The position numbers and the translations under genes were made by a program. Positions 1 to 11,299 of a stretch of 64,000 nt of DNA are shown here, in pieces. Numbering within the stretch: position 1 is the first letter of the stretch; each line of letters begins with the position of its first letter. The notes under the pieces are model-generated. The model was not told where the DNA came from. It saw only the letters and a list, made by a program, of their open reading frames with translations, and did no database searches. The DNA is from Macrostomum lignano (lineage: Eukaryota), in contig NIVC01000327.1 in assembly GCA_002269645.1 (NCBI GenBank), positions 372,001 to 436,000 of the forward strand, in the 5' to 3' direction.

Positions 1-910
1 ATATATTGAGCAGTGTGTGTGTCATTTCCCATATATTGAGCAGTGTGTGTGTCATTTCCCATATATTGAGCAGTGTGTGTGTCATTTCCCATATATTGAG
101 CAGTGTGTGTGTCATTTCCCATATATTGAGCAGTGTGTGTGTCATTTCCCATATATTGAGCAGTGTGTGTGTCATTTCCCATATATTGAGCAGTGTGTGT
201 GTCATTTCCCATATATTGAGCAGTGTGTGTGTCATTTCCCATATATTGAGCAGTGTGTGTGTCATTTCCCATACATTGAGCAGTGTGTGTGTCATTTCCC
301 ATATATTGAGCAGTGTGTGTGTCATTTCCCATATATTTCCCATATATTGAGCAGTGTGTGTGTCATTTCCCATATATTGAGCAGTGTGTGTGTCATTTCC
401 CATATATTGAGCAGTGTGTGTGTCATTTCCCATATATTGAGCAGTGTGTGTGTTATTTCCCATATATTGAGCAGTGTGTGTGTGTGTCATTTCCCATATA
501 TTGAGCAGTGTGTGTGTCATTTCCCATATATTGAGCAGTGTGTGTGTCATTTCCCATATATTGAGCAGTGTGTGTGTCATTTCCCATATATTGAGCAGTG
601 TGTGTGTCATTTCCCATATATTGAGCAGTGTGTGTCATTTCCCATATATTGAGCAGTGTGTGTGTCATTTCCCATATATTGAGCAGTGTGTGTGTCATTT
701 CCCATATATTGAGCAGTGTGTGTGTTATTTCCCATATATTGAGCAGTGTGTGTGTCATTTCCCATATATTGAGCAGTGTGTGTGTCATTTCCCATATATT
801 GAGCAGTGTGTGTGTTATTTCCCATATATTGAGCAGTGTGTGTGTTATTTCCCATATATTGAGCAGTGTGTGTGTTATTTCCCATATATTGAGCAGTGTG
901 TGTGTCATTT
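1..910. repeat. 30-bp minisatellite (CATATATTGAGCAGTGTGTGTGTCATTTCC)n, truncated by the window start
   Basis: Exactly two units per 60-nt line; explains all overlapping ORFs at 6-923. Confidence 0.97.
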
Positions 911-990
911 AGCTTATATTTAGCAGTGCATAACTCCTATTTACATTATCAAATAGATGTATTTTTAACGCAATTGCAGCAACACTAAGA

Positions 991-3952
991 ATGTCCTATC
1001 AGCTATCAACATCCCCTTTAAGTCAGCTGTTCGCTGACGCCAGCACTAAAGACAAATTTGGTAAACAGATTCGCGAGGTCATAATGCAATATTGCTATCG
1101 GACTGGACTGCTACCTGACGGAGCTGATGACAAAACAATTGATGCCTCAGTGGCCAGTTTGAATGAACTTGATGAAGCCGCTAGCAGCTGGTCAAGCTTG
1201 CAGGTGCGCTAAGCTGATGTCTGCTGACTGACGCGCCACCACGACCCCCTTGACTTAGTAGTTTCTTAGAAAAGGCAGTCTTGGCATCCCTTGTTTCTCT
1301 GGTACTCTGGTTTATCCTATAATTTTTTGTTTCTTAGAAAGGCGATGTTCACTCTGCTTTTTCTTTAAAAAAGCTTTAGTTAACGTATATAGGTTTTTTA
1401 CAGAGTTTAATTTATCCAGCACCTGAAGTTTCTTAGAAAGACCAGTTAAGCCAGAATTTTTATTTTCTTAGAAAGGCCTTTTTTCGCTAGCTTAAACAGT
1501 TTCTCAGAAAAGAAAGGCCAGTATAGCCAACATTTGAAGCTTCTTAAAAACAAAAGGCCAGTAAAGCCAGCATTTGCAGTTTCGTAGAAACAAAAGGCCA
1601 GTAAAGCCAGCATTTGCAGTTTCTTAGAAACAAAAGGCCAGTATAGCTAACATTTGCAGTTTCTTAGAAACAAAAGGCCAGTATAGCTAACATTTGCAGT
1701 TTCTTAGAAAAAAAGGCCAGTATAGCTAACATTTGCAGTTTCGTAGAAACAAAAGCCAGTAAAGCCAGCATTTGCAGTTTCTTAGAAAAAAAAGGCCAGT
1801 AAAGCCAGCATTTGCAGTTTCTTAGAAAGTTTTTTTAGAAAGTTAAGTTTACCTCAAACATGATCAGCCACTACCCCCATCCGATAACCCAGGTGTGCAG
1901 TCTGGCGGAGGTGGCTCAACCCCAGAAGCCTCTATTAGGCTGCATCATATTTTATCCAACCTACTCAACTTGGGTTGGCGGCCGGCTCAGACTGGGGCTA
2001 GTGCAGTGCGACAGCAGCCAGCAGTCAAATCAGCAGCTGCTCTATAGCCTGCTCAGATCCGTGATCTGCCGGGCGTTGGATGATGAAGATTTGCAACGGA
2101 TTGAACTGCTGCATCCGGCTTCTGATGCTGCCGTATATGGACCGCTCATGCAGCTGGGGTTTGAAGATCTCACTCAGACTGAGGAGTGGCATTTTGCCAG
2201 GTGATTTCTTGAATAATAAACGCCACACCCCAGGATCAGAAACCCCACACCCTAGAATCAGAAACCCCACACCCTAGAATCAGAAACCCCACACCCTAGA
2301 ATCAGAAACCCCACACCCTAGAATCAGAAACCCCACACCCTAGAATCAGAAACCCCACACCCTAGAATCAGAAACCCCACACCCTAGAATCAGAAACCCC
2401 ACACCCCAGGATCAGAAACCCCACACCCTAGAATCAGAAACCCCACACCCTAGAATCAGAAACCCCACACCCTAGAATCAGAAACCCCACACCCTAGAAT
2501 CAGAAACCCCACACCCTAGAATCAGAAACCCCACACCCCAGAATCAGAAACACCACACCCTAGAATCAGAAACCCCACACCCCAGAATCAGAAACCCCAC
2601 ACCCTAGAATCAGAAACCCCACACCCTAGAATCAGAAATCCCACACCCTAGAATCAGAAACCCCACACCCTAGAATCAGAAACCCCACACCCTAGAATCA
2701 GAAACACCACACCCTAGAATCAGAAACCCCACACCCTAGAATCAGAAACCCCACACCCTAGAATCAGAAACCCCACACGCCAGAATCAGAAACCCCACAC
2801 CCCAGAATCAGAAACACCACACCCTAGAATCAGAAACCCCACACGCCAGAATCAGAAACCCCACGCGCCGGAATCAGAAACCCCACACCCAAGAAACCGA
2901 AATCCCACACCCTTTAGATCCCATTATCTAGCTCGAACACACAAATTTCCCCACCACGCAGGCTAGACAGGGACGGATTGCAAAACCTGGCCAACCGTCC
3001 GGCAAAGTCCGGCATAGCTGTCCGAGCTGGCGCCGAATCCGACTGCGCCGAAGTGATGAAGATGATTCATGGATTGGCCAACTTTGAAAAGCTTCAAGCT
3101 CAGGTGAGTTTGTTTTGGCGCCGAAATAAGATAGGAATGGCCCCAAAATTAAATAGGAATGGCGCCAAAATAAAATAGAAATGGCGCCAAAATAAAATAG
3201 GAATGGCGCCAAAATTAGATAATAATGGCGCCAAAATAAGATAGGAATGGCGCCAAAATTAGATAAGAATGTCGCCAAAATAAGATAGGAATGGCGCCAA
3301 AATTAGATAAGAATGTCGCCAAAATAAGATAGGAATGGCGCCAAAATTAGATAAGAATGTCGCCAAAATAAGATAGGAATGGCGCCAAAATAAGATAAGG
3401 AATGGCGCCAAAATTAGAAGTTAAAAGCGCGATTAAAAACTTTTAAACTGGCGCCAAAAGCCTCACGAGACTACTTACTACTCGTGCAGCAGTAGAAATG
3501 CAAGCATTTTCATTCTAAACTATTTTCATTCCAAGGTCCGCATCAATGAGGATCAATTGAGACGGGATATTTTTGGAGAGCGCAAATTTGCTCAATTATT
3601 CATAGCTGAGTGCTCGAATTCGGGGGAAATTCTTGGCTACGCGTTGGCATTCGACGAGTTCTGGCCCAGTGGTCGCGGAGTTTGCTTAGAAGACGTGTTC
3701 GTTCAGCCGGCGCATCGCGGCAAAGGCGTCTGTAGCGCCCTGTTCTCAGCTGTGGCTCGCGACTCGCTTTATAATCGGCGTTGCCATTTTATGAGCCTCT
3801 GTTATCTGGCTTGGAATTCCGCCGCCTTGGATGTTTACCGACACTACGGCTTTGTAGACATCACCGGCTCCGACAGCTCCAAGTCGAATGGGGCGCATTT
3901 TTTAAGATTGTCGCGCGACCAGTTCCGATCCGCGCTTGGCCAGGCTCTGTAG
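991..3952 (+). CDS. Tandem two-domain SSAT/diamine N-acetyltransferase-like GNAT protein, about 369 aa; exons 991-1203, 1893-2200, 2932-3103, 3536-3952
   Basis: GT-AG junctions join in frame (phases 0, 2, 0; 1110 nt total). Domain 2 has SAT-family motifs VRAGAESDCAEVMKMIHGLANFEK, LEDVFVQPAHRGKGV and WNSAALDVYRHYGFVDI. Domain 1 has FYPTYSTWVG and LGFEDLTQTEEWHF. An upstream exon is possible (acceptor at 978-979). Confidence 0.85.
1430..1830. repeat. About 40-bp minisatellite in intron 1 of the GNAT gene (TTCTTAGAAACAAAAGGCCAGTAAAGCCAGCATTTGCAGT)
   Basis: Tandem copies visible, degenerate at the edges. Confidence 0.85.
2220..2912. repeat. 22-bp minisatellite (ATCAGAAACCCCACACCCTAGA)n in intron 2 of the GNAT gene
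   Basis: Direct tandem copies; the reverse complement of this family is at 5820-6500. Confidence 0.95.
3113..3460. repeat. 22-bp minisatellite (TGGCGCCAAAATAAGATAGGAA)n in intron 3 of the GNAT gene
   Basis: Tandem copies between the donor at 3104 and the acceptor at 3535. Confidence 0.9.
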
Positions 3953-4339
3953 TATGATTTGGGTGCGCTGTCCTCAGTAGTCTACTGATAGTAGAAATAT
4001 TGACATTTTTGTCGAATTTCTTTTCTCTCCGCTAAAATCCTATTGACAATCAATATAGGGTCAAATTTTCCACGTTTGTGTAGAAATTTCGATTTTCATT
4101 GTTTTGGTTTTGTTTTCAAACCGGAAAAATCTGTTTATTTTGATTTGTTATTACATTATTATGCAGCTTATTACTTGTTATTTCGGCTTCTAGCAGTTTA
4201 ATACTGTCATTAACCTATATTAGTATTGTTCTGATTGTTTTCCATGTCAAGTAATTTTGTTAAGTATTGGACAGTGGCAATCAGTAATGTGCACGAGTTA
4301 ATTGTGCAGAGCTTTTATTATGGGACCTTTTGTGCACAT

Positions 4340-5220
4340 ACTAACTCTCCCTTTACCTCTACCCTCCCTCTCATCCTCTCTCTCCCTCTCCCCCTCTGCG
4401 TCTCTCCCCCTCTCCGTCTCTCCCTCTACCTCTACCCTCCCACTCATCCTCTCTCTCCCTCTCCCCCTCTCCGTCTCTCCCCCTCTCCGTCTCTCCCTCT
4501 ACCTCTCCCCCTCCCTCTTACCCCTCTCTCTGTCCCTCTCCCTCTACCCTCTCTCTCCCTCTCCCTCTACCCTCTCTCTCCTTCTCCCCTCTCCCCCTCT
4601 CCCCCTCCCTCTTACTTCTCTCTCTGTCCCTCTCCCTCTACCCTCTCTCTCCCTCTCCCTCTACCCTCTCTCTTCCTCTCCCCTCTCCCCCTCTCCCCCT
4701 CCCTCTTACTTCTCTCTCTGTCCCTCTCCCTCTACCCTCTCTCTCCCTCTCCCCTCTCCCCTCTCCCCCTCTCCCTCTACCACCCCCCTCCCTCTTACCC
4801 CTCTCTCCCTCTCCCTCTCCCTCCCTCTGCCTCTACCTCCCCCCTCCCTCTTACCTCTCTCTCCCTCTCCCTCTACCCTCTTTCTCCCTCTTCCTCTCCC
4901 TCTCCCTCCCTCTCCCTCTACCTCCCCCTCTCCCTCTTACCCCTCTCTCCCTCTCCCTCTACCCTCTTTCTCCCTCTTCCTCTCCCCCTCTCCCTCTACC
5001 TCCCCCCTCCCTCTTACCCCTCTCTCCCTCTCCCTCTACCCTCTTTCTCCCTCTTCCTCTCCCTCTCCCTCCCTCTCTCTCCCTCTCTTCTCTCCCTCTC
5101 TCTCCCTCTCTTTCTCTCCCTCTCCCTCCCTCTCTCTTCCTCTCCCTCTCCCGCTCTCCCTCTCTTCCTCACCCTCTCCCCTCTCCATCCCTCTCTCTTA
5201 CCCTTCCCCCTCTTCATCTC
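4340..5220. repeat. Low-complexity polypyrimidine (CT-rich) tract
   Basis: Almost only C and T; explains the Pro/Leu/Ser ORFs at 4235-5306. Confidence 0.95.
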
Positions 5221-5819
5221 GCAACTTTTCCTCTAGTTTTATATTAGTGATTTCAATGTTATTTAGTATTATTTATTTACAGATATCATCTAGTATTCTT
5301 TATTAGTTAGTACTCAATTATTTCTGTCAATTTCTTGAAGCAAAATACTAACAAAAAGTTTCATAAGCGCCCAGTTGTCTGCATTCAAATAAACAGACCT
5401 TATTAATATTACTATAATTATCTTATTCTGAGCCTCTTGCAAGACGGGTGCTTTGCAGTTAATTTTTATTTTATTTTTTTCCTACATTTCCCCTTTTTAA
5501 TTTTCGATCAGCTTACAATGATAATTATTTGAGTAATTACAATATAAGTCTGCCAGTCGTGTGATTTTCATATTTCTTATTGTCTTATTTAGTACAGCTA
5601 TTAGCTTCAATATTTGTCAATCCACTTAACCATTATTCATTTTATTAAATAGTTTTGTTCTTATAATAAATTTAGTCAAAGTGATTTTGGCTTTTACCTG
5701 CTAATCTTTTGCCTGTTTATGTTATATGAATCTACTGTATTCATTCAATAGGTTTTCCACACGAGTTTTATTCTAGCTAATTTCAGTTTTAATAGGTTTT
5801 AGATGATGCTTTTCTGACT

Positions 5820-6500
5820 CTCTGTGTGGGATTTCCGATTCTGGGGTGTGGTGTTTCTGATTCTGGGATGTGGGGTTTCTGATTCTGAGGTGTGGGGTTT
5901 CTGATTCTGGAGTGTGGAGTTTCTGATTCTGGGATGTGGGGTTTCTGATTCTGGGGTGTGGAGTTTCTGATTCTGGGATGTGGGGTTTCTGATTCTGAGG
6001 TGTGGGTTTTCTTATTGTGGGGTGTGGGGTTTCTGATTGTGGCGTGTGGGTTTTCTTATTGTGGGGTGTGGGGTTTCTGATTCTGGCGTGTGGGGTTTCT
6101 GATTCTGGGGTGTGGGGTTTCTGATTCTGGGGTGTGGGGTTTCTGATTCTGGGGTGTGGGTTTTCTTATTGTGGGGTGTGGGGTTTCTGATTCTGGCGTG
6201 TGGGTTTTCTTATTGTGGGGTGTGGGGTTTCTGATTCTGGCGTGTGGGGTTTCTGATTCTGGGGTGTGGGGTTTCTGATTCTGGGGTGTGGGGTTTCCTA
6301 TTCTGGGAGTGTGGGGTTTCTGATTCTGGGGTGTGGAATATCTGATTCTTTGGTGTGGGATTTCCGATTTTGGGGTGTGGGGTTTCTGATTCTGGGGTGT
6401 TGGGTTTCCGATTTTGGGGTGTGGGGTTTCTGTGTTTGGATGTGGGATTTCTATGTTTGGGTGTGGGATTTCTATGTTTGGGTGTGGGATTTCTGATTTA
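5820..6500. repeat. 22-bp minisatellite (TCTGGGGTGTGGGGTTTCTGAT)n, inverted relative to 2220-2912
   Basis: The unit is the reverse complement of the intron-2 array unit. Confidence 0.93.
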
Positions 6501-6578
6501 AGGTACTTGAAAAGTTTCTAAATTTTGGGTGTTACACTTATTGTATTCATGCAACTGCAGTCGGAGTAGCAGACCAGA

Positions 6579-7140
6579 ATGGACTCTCTGGGCGGCCTGC
6601 AAGCTCTGCAAACTCTGCTGAAGCCTCCGGGCGGCGGTCAAGATGAAGACAGCGACAGCGAGTCAGAGTCGGGCGGCCAGCAGCGCAAGAATCACTACGC
6701 CAAGCTGAACCCGGGAGACATTGGCAGCAAGCCTTCGTCTGCGCCAGCTGCTGACCAGTCAGGAGATGCCACTGCTAAACAGCCGCAGGCGAACCCCAAC
6801 GATATCTGGCATCCCGACGAAATTGGCGAAGGCGAATCCGGTGTCCTTGACGACCGTCTGGATCCTCGAGCTCAGCCGGAGTACGAGATGCACTTCCGGC
6901 AGGCTGTGTCGCCTGAGGACATGTTTCTGGGCACCGGGAATAAGACTCCGGCTACCGCCAGCTGCGAGCAGATGGTGGTGAGCAGTCTTGTAGCTAACGC
7001 TGACTGCTGAGCACAGGATAGTGCAAGCCCATACTGTACGCAGGCGCTACTACTACTAATTCTACTACTACTACTACTGCTATACTACTACTACTACTAC
7101 TGCCACTACTAAATACTACTTCTACTAAATACTACTACTA

Positions 7141-7186
<46 letters not shown>

Positions 7187-7187
7187 G

Positions 7188-7222
<35 letters not shown>

Positions 7223-7223
7223 G

Positions 7224-7308
<85 letters not shown>

Positions 7309-7312
7309 TAAA

Positions 7313-7365
<53 letters not shown>

Positions 7366-10300
7366 TCAAATTGCTAGTGAATTAGTCTGTCAAGTTTCCC
7401 AATACCAACTCACATTGACATTGCAATGCCCACAACAAGCTGGCTCATGCATCATCTATCAGTAGGATAATTATTGTTTGATCTAGGCTAAGCGGAAAAA
7501 ACAATTTTGTTTCTATGTGAAACTGCGCAAATCGCTGAACTCTCAAAGCTGAGCAGGACTCAATATATATATACGGATGTTGCCTGAGCCAAAGCAAGCA
7601 AGACATCACATCAGCTATGCATAGCCAATCGAGCAGAGCATTCCCTACCGATCGGCAATTGACTTTGCGTCAAAAGATTCACAAAGGCTGGCACTGGAGC
7701 AATGGAACAGGCAGCTACGGTAGGCTCTCAGATCAGAGCATAACCGACTCAGAGCTGGATCACGTGACTAAAGTTATGAAACGTTGGGAAGCTTTGCAAC
7801 TGACTGACACGCTGCGTTTACACGGCGCCGCTCAGAGATTGCGCTGTTTAGAGAAATCTCTAGCCGGAGATGGAATCCAGTCTTGCTTGATGTGCGGCTT
7901 GAGACTGGCTAATACGGGACATTGCTGCTTCTCTGGCTCCTTTGCTGCTTCACCTGGCACCATATGCTGTCTCTGCGGACTGCGGTTCTGTGCTGACTGT
8001 CTGTGAGTACCTGCGGCAGCTCGTGCGGTTTTCTTGAAATTATCTGATCTGACATTTACATAATCTGACATGATTTCTGACAATCTGACATGATTTCTGA
8101 CAATCTAACATGATTTCTGATAATCTGACATGATTTCTGATAATCTGACATGATCTGACATAATTATTTCTGACAATCTGACATGGTTTCTGACAATCTG
8201 ACACAGTTGCTGACAATCTGACACAGTTGCTGACAATCTGACACAGTTGCTGACAATCTGACACAGTTGTTGACAATCTGACACAGTTGCTGACAATCTG
8301 ACACAGTTGTTGACGATCTGACACAGTTGTTGACAATCTGACACAGTTGCTGACAATCTGACACAGTTGTTGACAATCTGACACAGTTGCTGACAATCTG
8401 ACACAGTTGTTGACAATCTGATACAGTTGCTGACAATCTAACACAGTTGCTGACAATCTGACACAGTTGCTGACAATCTGACACAGTTGTTGACAATCTG
8501 ATACTATTTGTGACACTGAAAGTCCGGACAGTTTGCCACAGATATATTCTCAGTCAAGCGCTACTCAACCACACATGCCAGACCGCCTAAGGAAGATTCT
8601 CCAGCATCCACTCCATCCTGGAGCTCCACAGCCAGCTCCAACGCTGCCACCGCATCACCTCTAGCCAAGAAGACCTGCCATTGCGTCAAGAAGCTGGTCT
8701 GCGAAGTTTGCCTACAAAGAAACCGGTTGCATACAGAATCGGGCAGTTGGTGGCGCAACAATTCCGGCTCGATTTCGTCGGTTGTTGATAAGAAAATCTC
8801 TGTAACCGCCTGTCCCACAGCTGTGTCGCAAATGCCCAGTGTGAGGAAGTCAGATAGATCCAAGTTGAACAGATTCGGGACAAGATCGGCGAGTGTCAGC
8901 TGCTACTGCTGTATTGGCAGCGCTCTGGCAATGCGCAGGGCTGGTCTGCCCAAACTGAAGCTAATTAGGACAGTTGTAACCGATTGAGACACGAATAAAA
9001 CTATGCTTTATCGATAATAAATTAACCAATCATTCTGCTAAGATTGCTAACGATCGACCTTTTGTTCATTTTAACCTGAGAATTGCCCTTCAGTCTTACA
9101 TGAGAATCTTCTTCAATCTCACCTGAGAATCTCCTTCAATCTCACCTGAGAATCTCCTTCCATCTCACCTGTGAATCGGCCCTCAATCTCACCTCTGAGA
9201 ATCTCCCTCAATCTCACCTGACAATCGGCCCTAAATCTCACCTCTGAGAATCACCCTCAATCTCACCTGACAATCGGCCCTAAATCTCACCTCTGAGAAT
9301 CTCCCTCAATCTCACCTGACAATCGGCCCTAAATCTCACCTCTGAGAATCTCCCTCAATCTCACCTGACAATCGGCCCTAAATCTCACCTCTGAGAATCA
9401 CCCTCAATCTCACCTGAGAATCGGCCCTCAATCTCACCCGCAATCTCACCTGAGAATCTCCTCTCAATCTCTCATGAGAATCGGCCCTCAATCTCACATG
9501 AGAATCTCCTCTCAATCTCACATGTGAATCGGCCCTCAATCTCACCTGAGAATCGCTCTTCAATCTCACCTGAGAATCGCTCTTCAACCTCACCTGAGAA
9601 TCGCTCCTCAATCTCATCTGAGAATCGCACCTCAATCTCACCTGAGAATCGCTCCTCAATCTCACCTGAGAATCGCTCTTCAACCTCACCTGAGAATCGC
9701 TCCTCAATCTCACCTGAGAATCGCACCTCAATCTCACCTGAGAATCGCTCTTCAACCTCACCTGAGAATCGCTCCTCAATCTCACCTGAGAATCGCTCTT
9801 CAACCTCACCTGAGAATCGCTCTTCAACCTCACCTGAGAATCGCTCTTCAACCTCACCTGAGAATCGCTCCTCAATCTCATCTGAGAATCGCACCTCAAT
9901 CTCACCTGAGAATCGCTCCTCAATCTCACCTGAGAATCGCTCTTCAACCTCACCTGAGAATCGCTCCTCAATCTCACCTGAGAATCGCACCTCAATCTCA
10001 CCTGAGAATCGCTCCTCAATCTCACCTGAGAATCGCTCTTCAACCTCACCTGAGAATCGCTCCTCAATCTCACCTGAGAATCGCTCTTCAACCTCACCTG
10101 AGAATCGCTCCTCAATCTCACCTGAGAATCGCCCCTCAATCTCACCTGAGAATCGCTCCTCAATCTCACCTGAGAATCGCTCTTCAACCTCACCTGAGAA
10201 TCGCTCCTCAATCTCACCTGAGAATCGCTCTTCAACCTCACCTGAGAATCGCTCTTCAACCTCACCTGAGAATCGCTCTTCAACCTCACCTGAGAATCGC

Positions 10301-11082
10301 TCTTCAACCTCACCTGAGAATCGCTCCTCAATCTCACCTGAGAATCGCTCTTCAACCTCACCTGAGAATCGCTCTTCAACCTCACCTGAGAATCGCTCTT
10401 CAACCTCACCTGAGAATCGCTCTTCAACCTCACCTGAGAATCGCTCCTCAATCTCACCTGAGAATCGCTCTTCAACCTCACCTGAGAATCGCTCTTCAAC
10501 CTCACCTGAGAATCGCTCTTCAACCTCACCTGAGAATCGCTCCTCAATCTCACCTGAGAATCGCTCTTCAACCTCACCTGAGAATCGCTCTTCAACCTCA
10601 CCTGAGAATCGCTCTTCAACCTCACCTGAGAATCGCCCCTCAATCTTACCTGGGAATCGGCCCTCAATACTACCTGAGAATCGGCCCTCAATCTCACCTG
10701 AGAATTGCCGTTCAATCCCACCTGAAGATCGGTAAAGAGAAGCCCATTAGAATCTACAACATTTTGGCTTACCAAAAATACATACTGTATTCACTACTAG
10801 TTTAGCCAAAGCAATTTCAGTAGTAACGCGCACACATCTTCAACCCCCCTCTTCTCCTCCGCGCAGATCAGCATCAAACTGCCTGGCACAAAGTCTGCTA
10901 ACGAATTAAACTTGGACATTCGCGAGAAATTTCTTGACCTTCGTTCGGCTCGTTACCGGCTGGGTTTGCACCTGCCAAATGCGGTGGACCCAGATTCGGG
11001 TAGCGCCAAGTTCGACTGCGACTCTGCCAGCCTCACTATCATTCTCAACAATAAGCGGGAATATGACTTTGCTAATTTTTAG
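6579..11082 (+). CDS. DNAAF6: Dynein axonemal assembly factor 6 (PIH1D3/twister), 204 aa; exons 6579-6977 and 10867-11082
   Basis: Exon 1 has LQALQTLL, NDIWHPDEI, PEYEMHFRQAVSPEDMFLG. Exon 2 reads ISIKLPG...LDLRSARYRLGLHLP...KREYDFANF*. These match the PIH1D3 pattern as I recall it. Phase-0 GTGAG donor at 6978, polypyrimidine-CAG acceptor at 10866, AATAAA at 11193-11198. Confidence 0.93.
7045..7368. repeat. (TAC)n trinucleotide microsatellite
   Basis: Direct observation. Confidence 0.97.
7617..8987 (+). CDS. Rabphilin-3A/Noc2 (RPH3AL)-like Rab-binding zinc-finger protein nested in the DNAAF6 intron; exon 7617-8002 and a second exon ending at 8987 (acceptor unresolved; in-frame candidates 8582, 8624, 8636)
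   Basis: PTDRQLTLRQKIHKGW, GDGIQSCLMCG, CCLCGLRFCADC and LVCEVCLQRNRLHTESGSWW parallel the rabphilin/Noc2 motifs PNDRQLALRAKLQTGW, GNGLSQCLLCG and LCKIC...SGAWF. GTGAGT donor at 8003; AATAAA at 8994-8999. Confidence 0.78.
8040..8512. repeat. 20-bp minisatellite (CTGACACAGTTGCTGACAAT)n in the intron of the nested gene
   Basis: Tandem copies; explains the minus-strand ORFs at 8040-8516. Confidence 0.93.
9075..10732. repeat. 24-bp minisatellite (CTCACCTGAGAATCGCTCCTCAAT)n in the DNAAF6 intron
   Basis: 8-aa periodicity (SPENRSSI) in the ORF track; inverted copy at 13260-13755. Confidence 0.96.
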
Positions 11083-11299
11083 CTTCAGTTTTCTTGTTAG
11101 AACACATTCCAATTGTGAGTCGGCTGTGCTGAATGTCCGTCCAATATAATTATGTACTCAAATTCTTGCTTGCATTCGCGCGGGTGTGTCTTAATAAAGC
11201 TTTACCGTGTCGTCTGCCTTTTCTGACGCAAATATGTTCTTTTTCCAATTCCTAATTAAAATAGTCATTCTTTTCGAATTTGTTTTTATCAGTCATAAG

